From Phoronis australis (Eukaryota > Animalia > Phoronida), in the NCBI GenBank assembly GCA_002633005.1, contig NMRA01000432.1:62001-126000 (forward strand): a stretch of DNA of 64,000 nucleotides, given 5' to 3'. Positions within the stretch are counted from its first letter, which is position 1. The number at the start of each line of letters is the position of its first letter. The translations under genes and the position numbers were made by a program. The notes beneath the pieces are model-generated. The model made no database searches, was not told the origin of the DNA, and saw only the letters and a list, made by a program, of their open reading frames with translations. Shown here piece after piece: positions 1 through 14,300 of the stretch.

Positions 1-3000
1 AACTTAGACAAAAATTATTCGTGAGCGTACAAATTACGCTTGCAAATTCACAAAAGTAAGGGAGGCGGTGTATGAAATACGGCTTCAAGAATAGTCTAAG
101 TCTTGGAGTTCTAGAGGGGGGTAGCATTCAGGATACAACTAGGGCCTCGTTTGCTTGAAAAGACCTTGGTATGGGGGAAAATATCATTTCACACGTGCAG
201 ATAAGTTGCACTGCATCTTCTCTTTGACCTTTTGTCAGTTCTCGAAACGTGAACAGGATAACTTTAATTTGACATTGTTTAGGGACATAAGTTTGTATAA
301 AATATATTAACGAAATGTGTTCCTTAAGAGGTCATAGTCTTAACTTTGGTCTCACATGTAGCTTAGACAGATTTTGATCTTAATTGTGGTCTTCAGAAAT
401 TTCATAAAACGGGGGCTACCTTTGCCCGATTCCGGTCTAGGTTAAAACAAGAAAGGTTCACGAAACGTGCCTCAGGAAACAAAAAATCCCAAAGCTGCGT
501 GTATTTTTTTTTTGTAAATCGCGGAAAATTCAATCGGTCATTAATGTAAAAGACAGTAATTTCATGGCCATGTATAAGTGACAAAAACCGAAAAGATTTG
601 AAGTTTAGTTTTATCGGTATTTGCCAAACTGGGGACCAGCAACTTTAAGGTGATTTTTTAGAAAATTTTGATGCACGTATTCGCAAAGCTGCCAATCCGA
701 CGCTGCTGAAACAGTTTCTCAACAAACCATAACACCGGAATCCAGCGCTGGTAATATACAAAATTCCGACACGATATTTTCAAAACAAGTTTGGTACTTA
801 AAAACTAGATGTGTGGCTGATTTTAAATTTTCATTCTTGAAATTCGTTTTTCAATTCAATCAACTACAAGTGACATGAAAGCTTACAAGGTGCCTCTATC
901 GTGAAGTCGGTGTCCAGCCATGATTTCGACCTCCAAAACACTATTAAGTACAGTGCTTGATTTGGCGACCTGTAGCATGCCAGAGCGACTTTAGACGGTG
1001 TCCGACGACCTGGCAAAAATCCCAAGTAACCACGAAGTCGCCACAGCGAGAATCAAAGTTAAGACACTAATTCACCCGAAATTCGTTTCAAAATTTGTGG
1101 TGACTTCCAAAGTTTGAATTAAATAACATTTTTCCGGATTCGCTATCTTTGGCTCACAATTGTTCTGTTTATTTTGTGAAATCTCAGCATTTGGCACCCT
1201 CACCACTCAGCACATATCAAATGCGCTTAAATTACAACAGGATGTAAGAAGACAGAAGTCGGAATTGTTCGGGAACAAGTCGGCCAATGTCGGAACATGA
1301 AATGCGCGCCTCCAGCATATATCCGCCCGTCTGCGTTCTCTGTTGGTAATAGGAGTTGACTTAGAGAGTAAATGGTGCTAATTTACGGGAAAATAGAAGA
1401 GGCATGCGTAATAATCCTGAGAACGGCCGGACGTTTTTTTTATTTTGTGACCTGGGATTTTTTGCCAAGCCGCATTGGACGAGCTGGCCTAAGCTAAACG
1501 TAGAGCACTGAAGTAATTTGACAAACCGTTTTGGATCGGCGACTTTTGTAACATGTCCGAAAACTAATCGGAATACGACCTTTCAAAAACCTCAAATGAA
1601 ACCGAATATACATCTGAACGTATTTTCGGAAAGGGAAGCGTATTTTCGGAAACTGTGGCAAGCAATTTATGGTGCAGTTTAAAGCAAATTTTACGTCTTT
1701 TTTATGCAGTTGTTGAATTTCACTAGTAAGAATTTTGCTCATCCACTCTAATTTCGCATTCAACGAATACGGTGCTTTCAACTGTCCTCCACACTGTTCT
1801 AACACGGCTTGTTACAAATAAAGTCACCCGGTATATCATTAAATGATAGTCGTTTGAGTGAAATCGTGGTTCCAAACTATTATGTCTTTCCAAAATAAAC
1901 AAAATTGTACAACAAACAATATTTCCATAAAACGTCCATGGCCTTCTTTACGGTAACAGTATGTTTTGAAAACCTGATGGATTATTCTGAAATGCGTACA
2001 TGTTATATGTTTGTTGTCGAAAATTCCCAGTATGAAGACCTGAAACCCAGAATACGACTCCTAAAGGAACGCTATACCATTGTTTTACAGTTACGATGGA
2101 AAGCCGAGTTTTTGGAGCTGACTTCCACACTAAACACTCACCGTGCGCCCCAACCGGTAAATCGCTGAATTGAAAACATGTAGTGGTGTAATTTTAACAC
2201 CGTTATGGTGTCTTGTTCTGTTTCTGGTTTTAAGTGATAATAATTCCTGTTGCGTTGGGACGGTGATTCACACTTTCCCGAAGGATTCGACCAGGCTCCA
2301 ATATTGGCTGACCAGTATTTGGTCAAAGGATTTTGCCTGTTAACTCAACCTATGACAAAGTCAAACACTTTAATTTAGTTCAAGCTCTTTGTTCAGTCAG
2401 AATTTTCTCCATCGTTGTCGCCATTCTAGACGTCTCTAATGAAGGACTTCAAATATCCACGAATTTTCCCCTCTTCTTGAACAATGCATTGGACTATGCT
2501 GCCATTTTCGATGTTGTTCATATTCGTGCATCCTTTTAAACAACAGCGCAGCCAGAATTAATCAACTAAGAGAGGCCACACGCAAAACTGAGCGGCAGAG
2601 GGCAAACATGAGTGACATCCCGGGGGCACTTTACGCGAATTTGAACCGAGCTTCGCCCGAGGTAAGGATTTTTTGTAATTAACATTAAGCTTCCCGGGGT
2701 AACAGGCTGGTGCTTTCCAATGTGCAATATGTTGAGACTCATGTGTACCTACCAGAAATACCCACAGAGAAATGTTTCTTTTCAGAGCATTTTTAGCTTG
2801 ACTATGAGACTATTTTATCGTAGTAATTAGTTTCCCTTTCTTCGCCTCGTTTTCAGGTCCGCAATGGATAATTAGGTCTGGTGCTAATGATTCCTAATCA
2901 GTTCACAAAAAGGGGCTTTTCTCCAATATTTTGACCAGGTGAAAGTTATTGGAAATCTCTCCGATCTGTTTGAGAAAGTCAACTTTAAGTCAACATGCGC

Positions 3001-3115
3001 GTGGCTGCAAAAACACGCTTACATGTAATTTGCCGTAGAATGGCACAATAATGAAATTTCACAACCTCATCCGGAGAGGAATGTCCTCTAACTCGGAGAT
3101 CGAAACCATACTTAC

Positions 3116-3424
3116 ATCTCACGACTAACTTCACAGTTCCTGTCACAGCACGGGCCATTTGTCTCAAGTTAGGTGTTCTTATGGCAGAGCACGTCAACTC
3201 CTTCCCATTGTGCTTTTCTTCCACCGTCAGCTGGAGCTGGCTGTTATAATTGTCGTGGTAGTTGGTGGGATCTGCAACCGGCGTACCGTGCGACCACGTT
3301 ACCGTCACGCCGGGGTACACTTCGAAAATAGTGCATGTCAACTTCAACGTTTCTGCGGCGTTGACGATCACGGTCGGCTTTCTCTTCTTGGATAGATCAA
3401 GAATGTACACTGCTTTGGGCCCAT
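3116..3424 (-). CDS. WSC-Ig gene exon 7 (Ig domain 3, C2-set/CD80-like)
   Basis: (Y)GPKAVY...LKLTCTIFEVYPGVTVTWSHG...SQLQLTVEEKHNGKELTCSA...VKLVVR; tttcag/GTAAGT; phase 1-1. Confidence 0.9.
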
Positions 3425-3468
3425 CTGAAAACGAAATACCCACCCTTTACAGCCAACTTTCCTCTTCG

Positions 3469-3537
<69 letters not shown>

Positions 3538-5294
3538 CATTGAAAAGTAAGCTGTTCTTGGCTTTAATTAGTTTGTACACTAAACTTTCGTAGTGTCTAC
3601 ACAAGTGTCTTTCATTGAATGGTAGTTGATATAGAGGATCACCCAGTGTAAATGGAGTCACGAACAGATATATATGAGTAAATATGTAATACAATTATGT
3701 ACAAAACATTTCATAATAAAACAGTAGCGGTACTTCGACTATACATCAGTCATCAAAGGCAAATAAATTTAAGAATCATAAACGCTATCGTGTAAGATAC
3801 ATGAAGCAAGAACAATGACATTAAACACGACTATAAGGTTGCATACATAAGAGCGCAATTACAGAAGGAATTGTCATGGAAACTAATGTATTATGAAACA
3901 TTGCAAAAATTTAATAGAATACATAGGTGTTACAAGTTATGGACATTATTTATACAACGACAAGGTACGATGGAACCCAGTATCTTGGGAATTTATGTCA
4001 GGAGTTTCAGTTTTTATTATTAAAGTTCGAGTATTTTCAAACGAAAGGAGTCACGTTCGAAATACCTGACAATGGTATTGTCAACAATATCTGAACGAGC
4101 AATTTTCTGTTTGTGGAGTGTTTGGAAGTGATCTTAAATTGATCCATTCTGTAAATGCATAGATAACCGGCGAGATAAAGCGCAAGTTGTATAACCAAAA
4201 TACCTTGAGCAATCAGCGTTTGAACGAATACATTCGTTGTGGGGGCAATTGAACTAATAAATCAAGTCAAGTAAGCTGTTCTTGGCTTTAATTAGTTTGT
4301 ACAACAAACTTTCGTAGTGTCTACACAAGTGTCTTTCATCGGTTGCAGAAGCCTATGTGTTTAAAACAAGCAAGTGGTTGTACCAAGAAACTATTCTACC
4401 GCAACCAATTCCATTCACGTTATATTGAAGACGAACAAGTATTAAAACAAATCATCCATAATAATGTTAAGACCGTTAAGCCAGAAGATAGCTTTAAGTT
4501 AATTATATATTACCAAAACCATAAAACTAAAGATCTTGTTGTTAAAAACAATACTTGCTCAAAGTCTGTCCAAGTGTTAGCCAAAACTGACTTGATTTAT
4601 CAGTTCAATTGCCTCCACAACGAATGTATTCGTTCAAACACTGATTGCTCAAGGTATGTTGGTTATACAACTTGCGCTTTATCTCGCCGGTTATCTATGC
4701 ATTTACAGAATGGATCAATTAAAGATCACTTCCAAACACTCCACAAACAGAAAATTTCTCGTTCAGATATTGTTGAAAGTACCATCGTCAGGTATTTCGA
4801 ACGTGACTCCTTTCGTTTGAAAATACTCGAAGCTTTAATAATAAAAACTGAAACTCCTGATATAAATTCCCAAGATACTGGGTTCCATCGTACCTTGTCG
4901 TTATATAAATAATGTCCATAAGTTGTAACACCTATGTATTTTATTAAATTTTATAACGTTTCATAGTACATTGGTTTCCATGACAATTCCTTCTGTAATT
5001 GCGCTCTTATGTATGCAACTTTATATTCGTGTTTAATGTCATTGTTCTTGTTTCATGTATCTTACACGATAGCGATAGCGTTTATGATTTTTAAATTTAT
5101 TTACTCATATATATGTGTTCGTGATGCCACTTACACTGGGCGATCTATTATATCAACTACCATCCGATGAAAGACACTTGTGTAGACACTACGAAAGTTT
5201 GTTGTACAAACTAATTAAAGCAAAGAACAGCTTACTTTGCAATGGAACATATACATACATATACATATACATATACGTATACGTATACGTATAC

Positions 5295-5332
<38 letters not shown>

Positions 5333-8300
5333 CCGTCCACAGCTACCACTGCCTGCCAGGAACATGCTACTTATTAGGTTGCTTGTTGGTAGTTTCATCT
5401 TTCTTCATAACATGCGTGCCTGCTCCTTGGATGTTTGGGGTCTCCTGTTTAACGCGTATTGTTTACTCTGTATTGTTTGGTGGTACAGACTACTGTGGCA
5501 TAAGGGGATGCAAATTATCTCACTCAGGAGTCGGTCGAAAAGGTTAGTGTCTCTCTAGATAATGTTTTCATCGTAAATCATTCCACCTTGCTGAAGTATT
5601 TTTTTAATCATCAACTAACGGCCGACCGCTTTCCCCGGTAATCGCAAGCTATCGGAAGATTTTCGAACAGCTTCATGAAATTGGCCGGCGGTCCAATGAT
5701 GAGCAGATTGTCCACTGAATGAAATTACTTGACTGGTCTTTCATTGCTCGATCTCCAGTTGACGTCCAAGCGACTTGAACACACAAAATGAATGGTTTTG
5801 CAGGAGCGAATAAGACCGCAGTAACATCTGAGCAAAACACCAAGTGGCAGGCTTATTGTAGATTTTTCAAAGGCTTTCGATAAGATCCCACACGAAGTGC
5901 TTTGGTTTCATCTCCAAAAACTGGGATCCGCAACCGGAGTAGCGTGCGATATGTCACATCTTTTCTCATGGAAAAACTGGTCAATTGATCCGTTTGGTTT
6001 TATTCGAGATAATTTCTTTCCGTTCTTCAGTGATTCTGTTTTCAAGAAATTATTTGAATACCGTAAATTGCACGCTGCAATGTCATCCACTTTATCAAAT
6101 TTGTGGGAAAAGATTTTCGTACATTATCACGGCATTACGGCACACGAGGACAACCGATACGCATTGTGGAGAGAAAGGTGACTTCAGTAGCAATTTCATC
6201 TTTAGTACACATCGCCAATGCAAAAACACTCCACTTGTTTTCCATTATTTTTAGTTGTGAAATAGTTCTGTCAAACAAATATACCCCTAATAGATAAGAA
6301 TCTTCTCTGCTGATTTGAGTATAGATTATGCATTAAGTCATTCCAAGCTTTCAGTGATGTCAGACCGGTGTTTACGAGGTTACAATCCGTTCCACAATGC
6401 ATTTGAAAATCGAATCTCATCAGCGCTACTAGTATACGTTTTGCTGTAGATGAGATAACCCAAATTCTAACCATTAATCTGCAATTGAACCAATATTATT
6501 CTAAGAAAAAAGCTACAGAAAATCATTCAAATAAGAGACATCTGTAATGCTAAACTACAAATACGTAGTTTGGTGGTGAACTTCTGACCCAATGACGAGA
6601 CTCAACTGATAACACAGAGTCTGAGTTTGAGACTAAACCCGTCTGAAAATCGACTAATTGCTACGGATTGCAATCACATTAAGAATGCGTCACGTTTCGT
6701 TTAAATCCGATAATATGCTATTCATATATCATCTTGGAACTCTTTCCCCCAAAATTGCTAATAACCTCACATCTCTAGCCTGGGGGCGGGTTAACTGAAA
6801 AGTGACATGCCCCGCGCCTCTGATGCCTTACATCTTGCTGCCAAAATCCAACCGACCTTTTTGAGTTCGAGATGGCAACCGTGCACCCAAACTTACAATG
6901 TACACGTGAGGGCACTCAGAAATCACTCGTTCATACCTGATAACAAAACTTAAACGGGGACATCTTTCGAGCATCGCTGGATATGAGACGAATGTCTAAG
7001 TCACATCACGTATCCGTCATCAATCATAACCTTGGACATTCCGAAGTAATTTCCTAATTCATTGACCTGGTCTTTATTCATTTTCATTGAAATTAAGGCT
7101 CAGTTTTCATACATTTACAGAAATCTCGACAAGTAAAATAGAAGCACACAATGAAGAATTGATGGACTAACATTAGTGAGTAAACAATGTCAGCAAATGC
7201 GCTTAACGCTTAGGGAACGTAGTGGGGTTCCCATTGGAACTGTTTCATGTAACCTTGCAGAGAGGGGTGGCATCAGCAGAGTACATGAACTCCTAAGATA
7301 AGCACAACAAGTACAAGATTACTGGAGATCTCCACTTAGGAGAAAAGAAGTTTAGATTTCTTGCTTGTGTAGCGTATTTAGAATACACGACAAAACACAA
7401 ACAATCGCAGACAACCTGTGCTTTCAGAAGTGCCGGCTGTGGAAGCTGAGTGCGCTGGGCTGAGGGAGATGCATATTTTGTACTGGAGTATATGATGTGA
7501 GTGTGTTTTTAAGCCTGCACTCAAGAACAAAACAAACTGTGACACTTATCACCACATAATAGAAAATTGTCACTAACGATAACGTAAAAAGGATCAACGG
7601 CAATAAGCATAACGGGAATACATCTACATTAACATCTAACACGATAGAGTTATTGTCAAGCGTATCAAAGAAGATGTATTTTTAACTAAAACGTCATTCC
7701 ATAGTTTGTTTCGATTAAATGCAAAGATTCTACTTCCTTTCTCATCTAGACACTTTATACATTTACACACATTATCCGTGTACGCTCGGTTGCATTAAAC
7801 CGCATTAAGTATATTTAGACCCATGAGCCCATATGCGATAAAGGCACTCACAGTGTAGATCCAGCACCAAGTTGTTGAACGCGGATTTTCCAGTGACCAA
7901 GTTCCTGACAATGCATTTCACGTAGTACAATCCCTTTGCAGCAGTGAACTCTGCCTGACTGGTGTATACTTTGAAACTATTAACGCCGTCTTTCACTCTT
8001 TCCTCGTGTAGAACGAGTTTGCTTGGTTCGTATTCCCACTCGATCGTTCCCTTTTCAACGAGAGAATAATATAAGTGATTCGCATATGATGCTATTTTTC
8101 GAGCAAATTATGCTTTTTGCTAACAGGGTACCACTAGACGATAAAGGGTGTATTGAGTGGGCCGCGGATAACCATAATTTTCGAAATAAAAATATGGGAA
8201 TTTCAGCTTAACACCTACAAATGACATGCCGATGACGTTTGTGGTAATGCCCATAGGAGTGGTGCCCCTCGCCCTCCTCAAATCCGCCCACACGTAAGGG

Positions 8301-11300
8301 ATACCCAGCACGAAATAAGTATCACATTGACAATAAAACAGTACGATGCCTTGCTACCAGCAGTACTTCATTTGACTTATATTCTCGGCCACTTCAACAG
8401 CTTGATTAGACCTCTAAACTTGCAAAAATTCTGCTCAGAGCATAACATTCATAAGCCCCATAACTTGGTGAACAATAAGACGCACAATTTCAATAAAAAC
8501 GACATCTTTAACTCGAAGAAATTTATCTGTCATTTTCTTTCACTTGTAAATCATCGATTTCCAGTTTAAATGTGGGTAGCATGTCGTCGGGATATGCGAG
8601 AGTCGAGAAAGGTAGATCGATTCATTGCAATGTTTATAGTTCAGTATCTGGTATAAATAGATTATTGCACATTATCAGTTATCCCCCTTTAGTTATCTAG
8701 ATTACGGAGGATAACGTATTTTCCCTATAATCATCTATATGTATTTATCAACAGGAAAATGACGTCAATGGATACTCTGTCACAATTGTATAAAATTGTA
8801 ACACAATGCAGATATACTTACGTTCGGCGATACATTATCGCTCTTGCAGGTCAGACTAAATTTCTCTCCTTCACACACCGTCATTTTCGACATGGAAGCA
8901 TATTTTATTCCATTTCCGTCTTCCAGTAGAACGTCGTTTGGCCCATCTGCAATAATTTGAACTAAATGCTGACGAAACTTTATTCTAAAAGACCAACTAG
9001 AAAGCAGCTACCTTGGTAACTATACACCAGCGAAGAAATGACATACTTGGAAGCTATGCTAATGAACAGATTCCTGATGCTAACTTATCCACGCTACAGC
9101 AAAATGGTTCCTATGAATTTGGGATCCGCATCATATCCATAGGGCTCCTCGAAAGTTATGGCCATCTATGAAAGGTGGAAAATACATCGACCATAGCTTG
9201 AAGACGATTGGCGAACGGGTAAAAAATTTATGACGAATTCATGGTGGCTTCTCAAATAACTGCCATACACAACAGTGGAGGATTTAGGGGGGACAAGGGG
9301 GCCATGGCGGCCCCACACATTCTCCCATATTCCATTTGGCAGTTCGGGGTTGCGAATGTCTCACGGACCAATACTCTGCCCTGCCCCCCTAACTCAAAAT
9401 CCTTTATCCGTCCATGTACAATGGCAGCGAAGACGTCGCTTCAAAAAAGATTTAGTTCTTTTAATTCTGTCATACTAAAATCCTGAAAATATTTACAGAA
9501 AACGTGCACTAGCAACGAGGCTGTCTTTTTCTTGAAGTCTGGTGCGTCACTGGACAAAGAGCAATCTACGACGAGGTCGGTACACTTGACAGTGTTTGTA
9601 AAAACGACTTTTTTCGACACGAACTCGCCCCATTCACAACTGGTTCGGATTTCGTTCTCATTTGAATTTTGGATGCAGGTGTCTCTTTGCCCACTTCTCT
9701 CGGTTACCTCCAAAGAAGCGCGTTTATACGTGCACCCGCTTTGGCACATTAAAACTCCCGTGCTTCCTTTGTATGTGATATAGGAGCCACCTAAATTGTC
9801 CTTCTTCGCAGCATCGTTGGTGAAATATACTTCATCAGGACCACCTAAACAAGAAGAAAAATGCGGATATTTGAAATGCGCCACGCAGCATCGCAAACAG
9901 TATGCTTCTAGGTGTGCTTATTGGCATCATAAAATGGCCACTAAATTGCGCAAAGTACGTCAAACCTCGCCGAAAATGAGAAGATGAGTAGTCTGGTCCA
10001 TTCATCTGGTGTAACGTTAACAGGAACACAATTGCCATTGTTCAGGATCTTGGTGGGACTTTTAAGTGATACTCCTACAGATGCACATGCTTGCCACTAG
10101 GGGCACCACAGTTCTCAGACCCATCCGAAAAACAACGTAAGCCAAGGTCTTTTGCTCAGGAACACAAACACATTCTTTGAGCAATTTGCCTGATAAAATG
10201 GCAAACACCAAAAGCCGGACTCAAAATAATAAAAATAGTCACTAGGTGCTGCAAATCACATGTACAGTTAAGTCGAATCCGTTCAAAAATGGACATGGAT
10301 TTGTTACCTTCCTAACAAAAAACCTTTTTCCAAATTTCTGGAAAATCTACCGAAAAAATTAAAGATACATATGGAAATGGAAACATGTAAATGTCACCAC
10401 AAGCAGCACAGTTGTCGGATTTGTCTGAGACTCGTCGTCATCCGTTGTCAGCTAAATTTGTCAAATTTGACAAAGATCCTGCAAAGGTTTGGGAGATACA
10501 GCCGCGGAGTGACGCAAAAAATGTCACTAGCGAACCCATAGAGGAACTTGTCCGAAACCCGGTGTCAGCCACTATCTTCTCAACGTAAATACATCTGCTA
10601 ATAGTCAGAGGCAGACTCCAAAAGCGGACTCAAAAACTTAATCAAAATAGTCACTAAGTAACGTAAAATCCATACGAAAATTTGGAAGGTGTCGTCACCG
10701 CCCCAGTTCCATACACACGTAAGTTCGGACGAATACGGCAGTACCGGAAAGTCTGCCAGATAAAGATCCAGGATGAACTGTGTCAATTTTGAGCTTTGAC
10801 GGTCTTTGGACGACTCTGGTGTCAACGACAGAAACACGGAATGGGCACGAGCCCTACACCGATGGCCGTGGAACTCCCCAAACAATAACGGCAGGACGAC
10901 GGATAAACACAGCAAAGACATGGGAAGCCCCGGATGACTGAACATTGACCAACACAGCGGCTACACGGACCACCCCACATGTCCTTATCACCCGTGTTCA
11001 CCACGGACGAACACGACAGTTTTGAAATCCCAAACTGCTGTCTTACGGTGTTGGCTTCTCGGGATTCCAAGGACCTTACAAAACGTTCCAGGACAAGCAG
11101 TGATTGCAACTGACTATTACGTGCACGGCGGCTAAACGGCTCACGCGCCAGGTCGTACCAGATATGATCCGTGAGACTGAGGCGTAAGCAGAAACCTAAA
11201 TGCACAATTTCAAGAAAATCCATCAAGGAACTCCAAACCTAAAACAGTTAATTTGTCGCTAGGGGACAGAGCGTTTGTGGTATCGGTACGAAACTCGTCG

Positions 11301-14300
11301 TCATCTGTAGTCAGCTCCATAGGAAGAGCCGGCAAGGGGCTTAGGGGATAAAGCAGCGGATGGCGGATGCCCAGACAGAGATGACGGCAATATGCACCCG
11401 TATATGTATATCTGGGCACATGAAAATTGTTCACCAACAGTTTCTTTCTTAAATATAGGGGTTTATTTTGGGAAGACAACTCTTGCTTGTACTTTTACTG
11501 TCTCTGTAGCCTCCGAAAAACCCAAAGCCTCATAACGCACTCTACATATTTAACATTCTAAGCTCAGGAGCAGCTGGTAAGAAGTAAAGAAATCGACCTT
11601 TTTGAAAAAAGTTTGTACCCACAAACGCTTGCAGTGACCACTATGGGAATCCTAGGCAAGACTTTTGACAGAATGGGCTCAGGGTGTGTAGGCCACCCTC
11701 GCGTAGCATAGATTTACGTCACATTCTAATAAAAAAGCATTTGCTGTGCTGCTCAATAAATGGGAACACTTACGGATGTCCTTTTTGCCCACGTACATGA
11801 CAACAGACACTTGACCACTGGACGCAGAAATATCGCCACAAGGCTGAAACATGAGCCCTGGACAAGTGTGGGCATTGCACGCACTGTCCCGTAGCTTCTT
11901 ATAGGGCATTACAGAAGTGCAACGACACACAGGAAACGAGACCACGGCGAAAGTAGCATCGCCTTTTACGCAGTACCGTACGCACATGACCAACGTGAAC
12001 GGCTCCGTAGATAGTTCGGTGACCTAACACAAGAGACGGTAAGTAACCATGTCTGTTAGCTGTCTGTACACAGTTGACGTTTATTGCTTTGGAGATAGAT
12101 ATTGTCATAAAGTAACATGTTCCGAAGCAAATATGCAAATAATTTTACCAGGCCTTGTGTGGCCTTTCAAGAACGTAGGTGTATATAAAAATAAGCATAT
12201 CACGAAGAGTATTCAATAGCCTTCAGAATTAAAAGAATTGTGTATTTGACAGCCCTTTTCAAAAATGGAAAGAATAGCATGTAAAAGATATTAATAATTC
12301 AATCTCTGTCAATTATTCAATTATCAAATAGTTAAGTCGTTGTTAATGTTTTTATCCGAAGTCTATCTCGTTAAAGGCACACCACACCCGGTTTTGGCCT
12401 ATTATAAGATCTCAATACGCTTTGTTATATCACTAGAGTTGAGACTTTACCATCGCAATTAACAGGGCTTTTCTGCTGTTTACACATCAACAAGAATAGC
12501 ATCTTTTCGATCGCAGAGTCGCACAAAAATGCAGATGAACCAACAAGACACATTGCGAAGTAAAGTAAAGCTCAACTTGTGTCCAATAAAATCAAACACG
12601 CAAGACTTGCAGAATCCTTCCTATTCTGGGATTGTAAGCCTTCAATCGATTCTAATTAATTTGCAGAATAGCAAGATTAGCAATAAGCAACGCGAGGTCA
12701 AACTAGTGGCAAATAAGTGAACACACGTCATCATGATACTCAGTACTAAATAACAATAATACTCGTGTTCATGGCAATTCCAATTTACCTTTTTCTCGCT
12801 CAAGGAATTAGACGCAGTGTTGGAGCCATCCCAGCATCCAATTATACCTGCAAGAAAAAGAGACGTGAAAAAGTGTGATTGAATGAATGGCCGGATTACC
12901 GCGACATGTTTAATTTTTCAGCAGACCAAATACCCCGGTAATACCGTGTTACAAATAAATCTTATGTCTGAAGTTTGCATAAAGACCATTTTACGCTTGC
13001 AAATAGACCAACAGAAACCTCATGGTCTTGAGCTGGTGCTGCCAATGTATCTTGGGCTTTACCGATAAGCAAATGGAACGTCATTCATTCTGTTGGGCAT
13101 AGGTAGCTCTCCAAATTGACAAAATTCTCGAGGTGTCTAAGTTCATGTAGGACCCTAGAAAATGGTCAACTTCGGAACATAATGTCTCATATACTAAGCT
13201 TGATACGCTGTTCATCAAAACCACATTTACATGAAAGACTATCAAAAGTATGATTTTGTAAAAAAATAAAAGTTTCCTGAAACAAAAACAAGGAGAGAAA
13301 ATTTGCTCATGCAATTGATCCCTTTGTCTTGACAAGAATGTATTGTTCTTTTTTGCTAATTTTTACAGAAAAGCATGCCTGTCACATGAGTTTATTAATG
13401 GCATATTAGTATAAAATCAATAATCAATTTCTACGGAATTTCATAACGTGTCATTTTGATGCGTTACATTCAATGTATTGCAGATTTTTGGCAAAATTCA
13501 GTCTTGCCAATAAGGTCCTACAAAATTATCTAAACCATTTAGCATACGATGCATGCACATTTAGCAGACTTTACCAAGAGTTTCGAGGTGAGTAAGTACT
13601 CATTCATCTCTCCCGGAGCAACTATCCAGAAGGTACAACTCGTATTATGTAGCTTGTTTGTCTACATACGGCTTATAGAACAATGTATTCACCGGTTGAC
13701 AAGGCTGGACCAGCGACATGAATACAGTACAGAAAAATTTATCGGCGAGAAAAGTGGTTTTCTAAGTTCATAACCTTAGCGATCGCATCCACTGCTTTAT
13801 TTTTAAATGGCTCAGAATTTTAAACGTATTTGACTGCCAAAGTAATCGACGTTGATTTTAGCGAATTGGTTGGTAGACAATGATGAGAATTGGCTATTTG
13901 TAATAAAAACATACATGTAGCACAATTTATTGATAAAAACAACCACGGTTTTAAATCGATTAAAAACCGTGGTTGTTTTTATTAATATATGCTGCTACTT
14001 GTTATCATGGAGATAGCACAATTTGCTGTTACTTCTGGTCACAGCTAATATCTTCAAGAAGTCTATCCCCAAAAATGCGATTAAATCAAACGAATTCTAC
14101 CCTATCAAGACAAAGATTTTAGAATATGTATCCTTCACAGTTAGGCAGGCATTCATCCAAAATAATACTTCTTTTTATATAAATTGGACCTTTGGCGCCG
14201 TTTGATACTGTTCTTCAGTAAAATTTCAGGCAGCACTGATATTAGAAGAAGAAATGTGATGAACTAAATACTCCATCTACGTGTCCGAAATTTGCAAATA

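Noticed and set aside
7424-7642. Hydrophobic 72-aa minus-strand ORF as a possible transmembrane exon
   Set aside because: It lies upstream of the third Ig exon, I found no convincing in-phase splice sites, and T-rich sequence yields hydrophobic peptides by chance.
10598-11479. Cluster of 89-134 aa ORFs in a GC-richer stretch
   Set aside because: At least partly a diverged minus-strand HINE copy; not needed for the WSC-Ig reading frame and no domain recognised.
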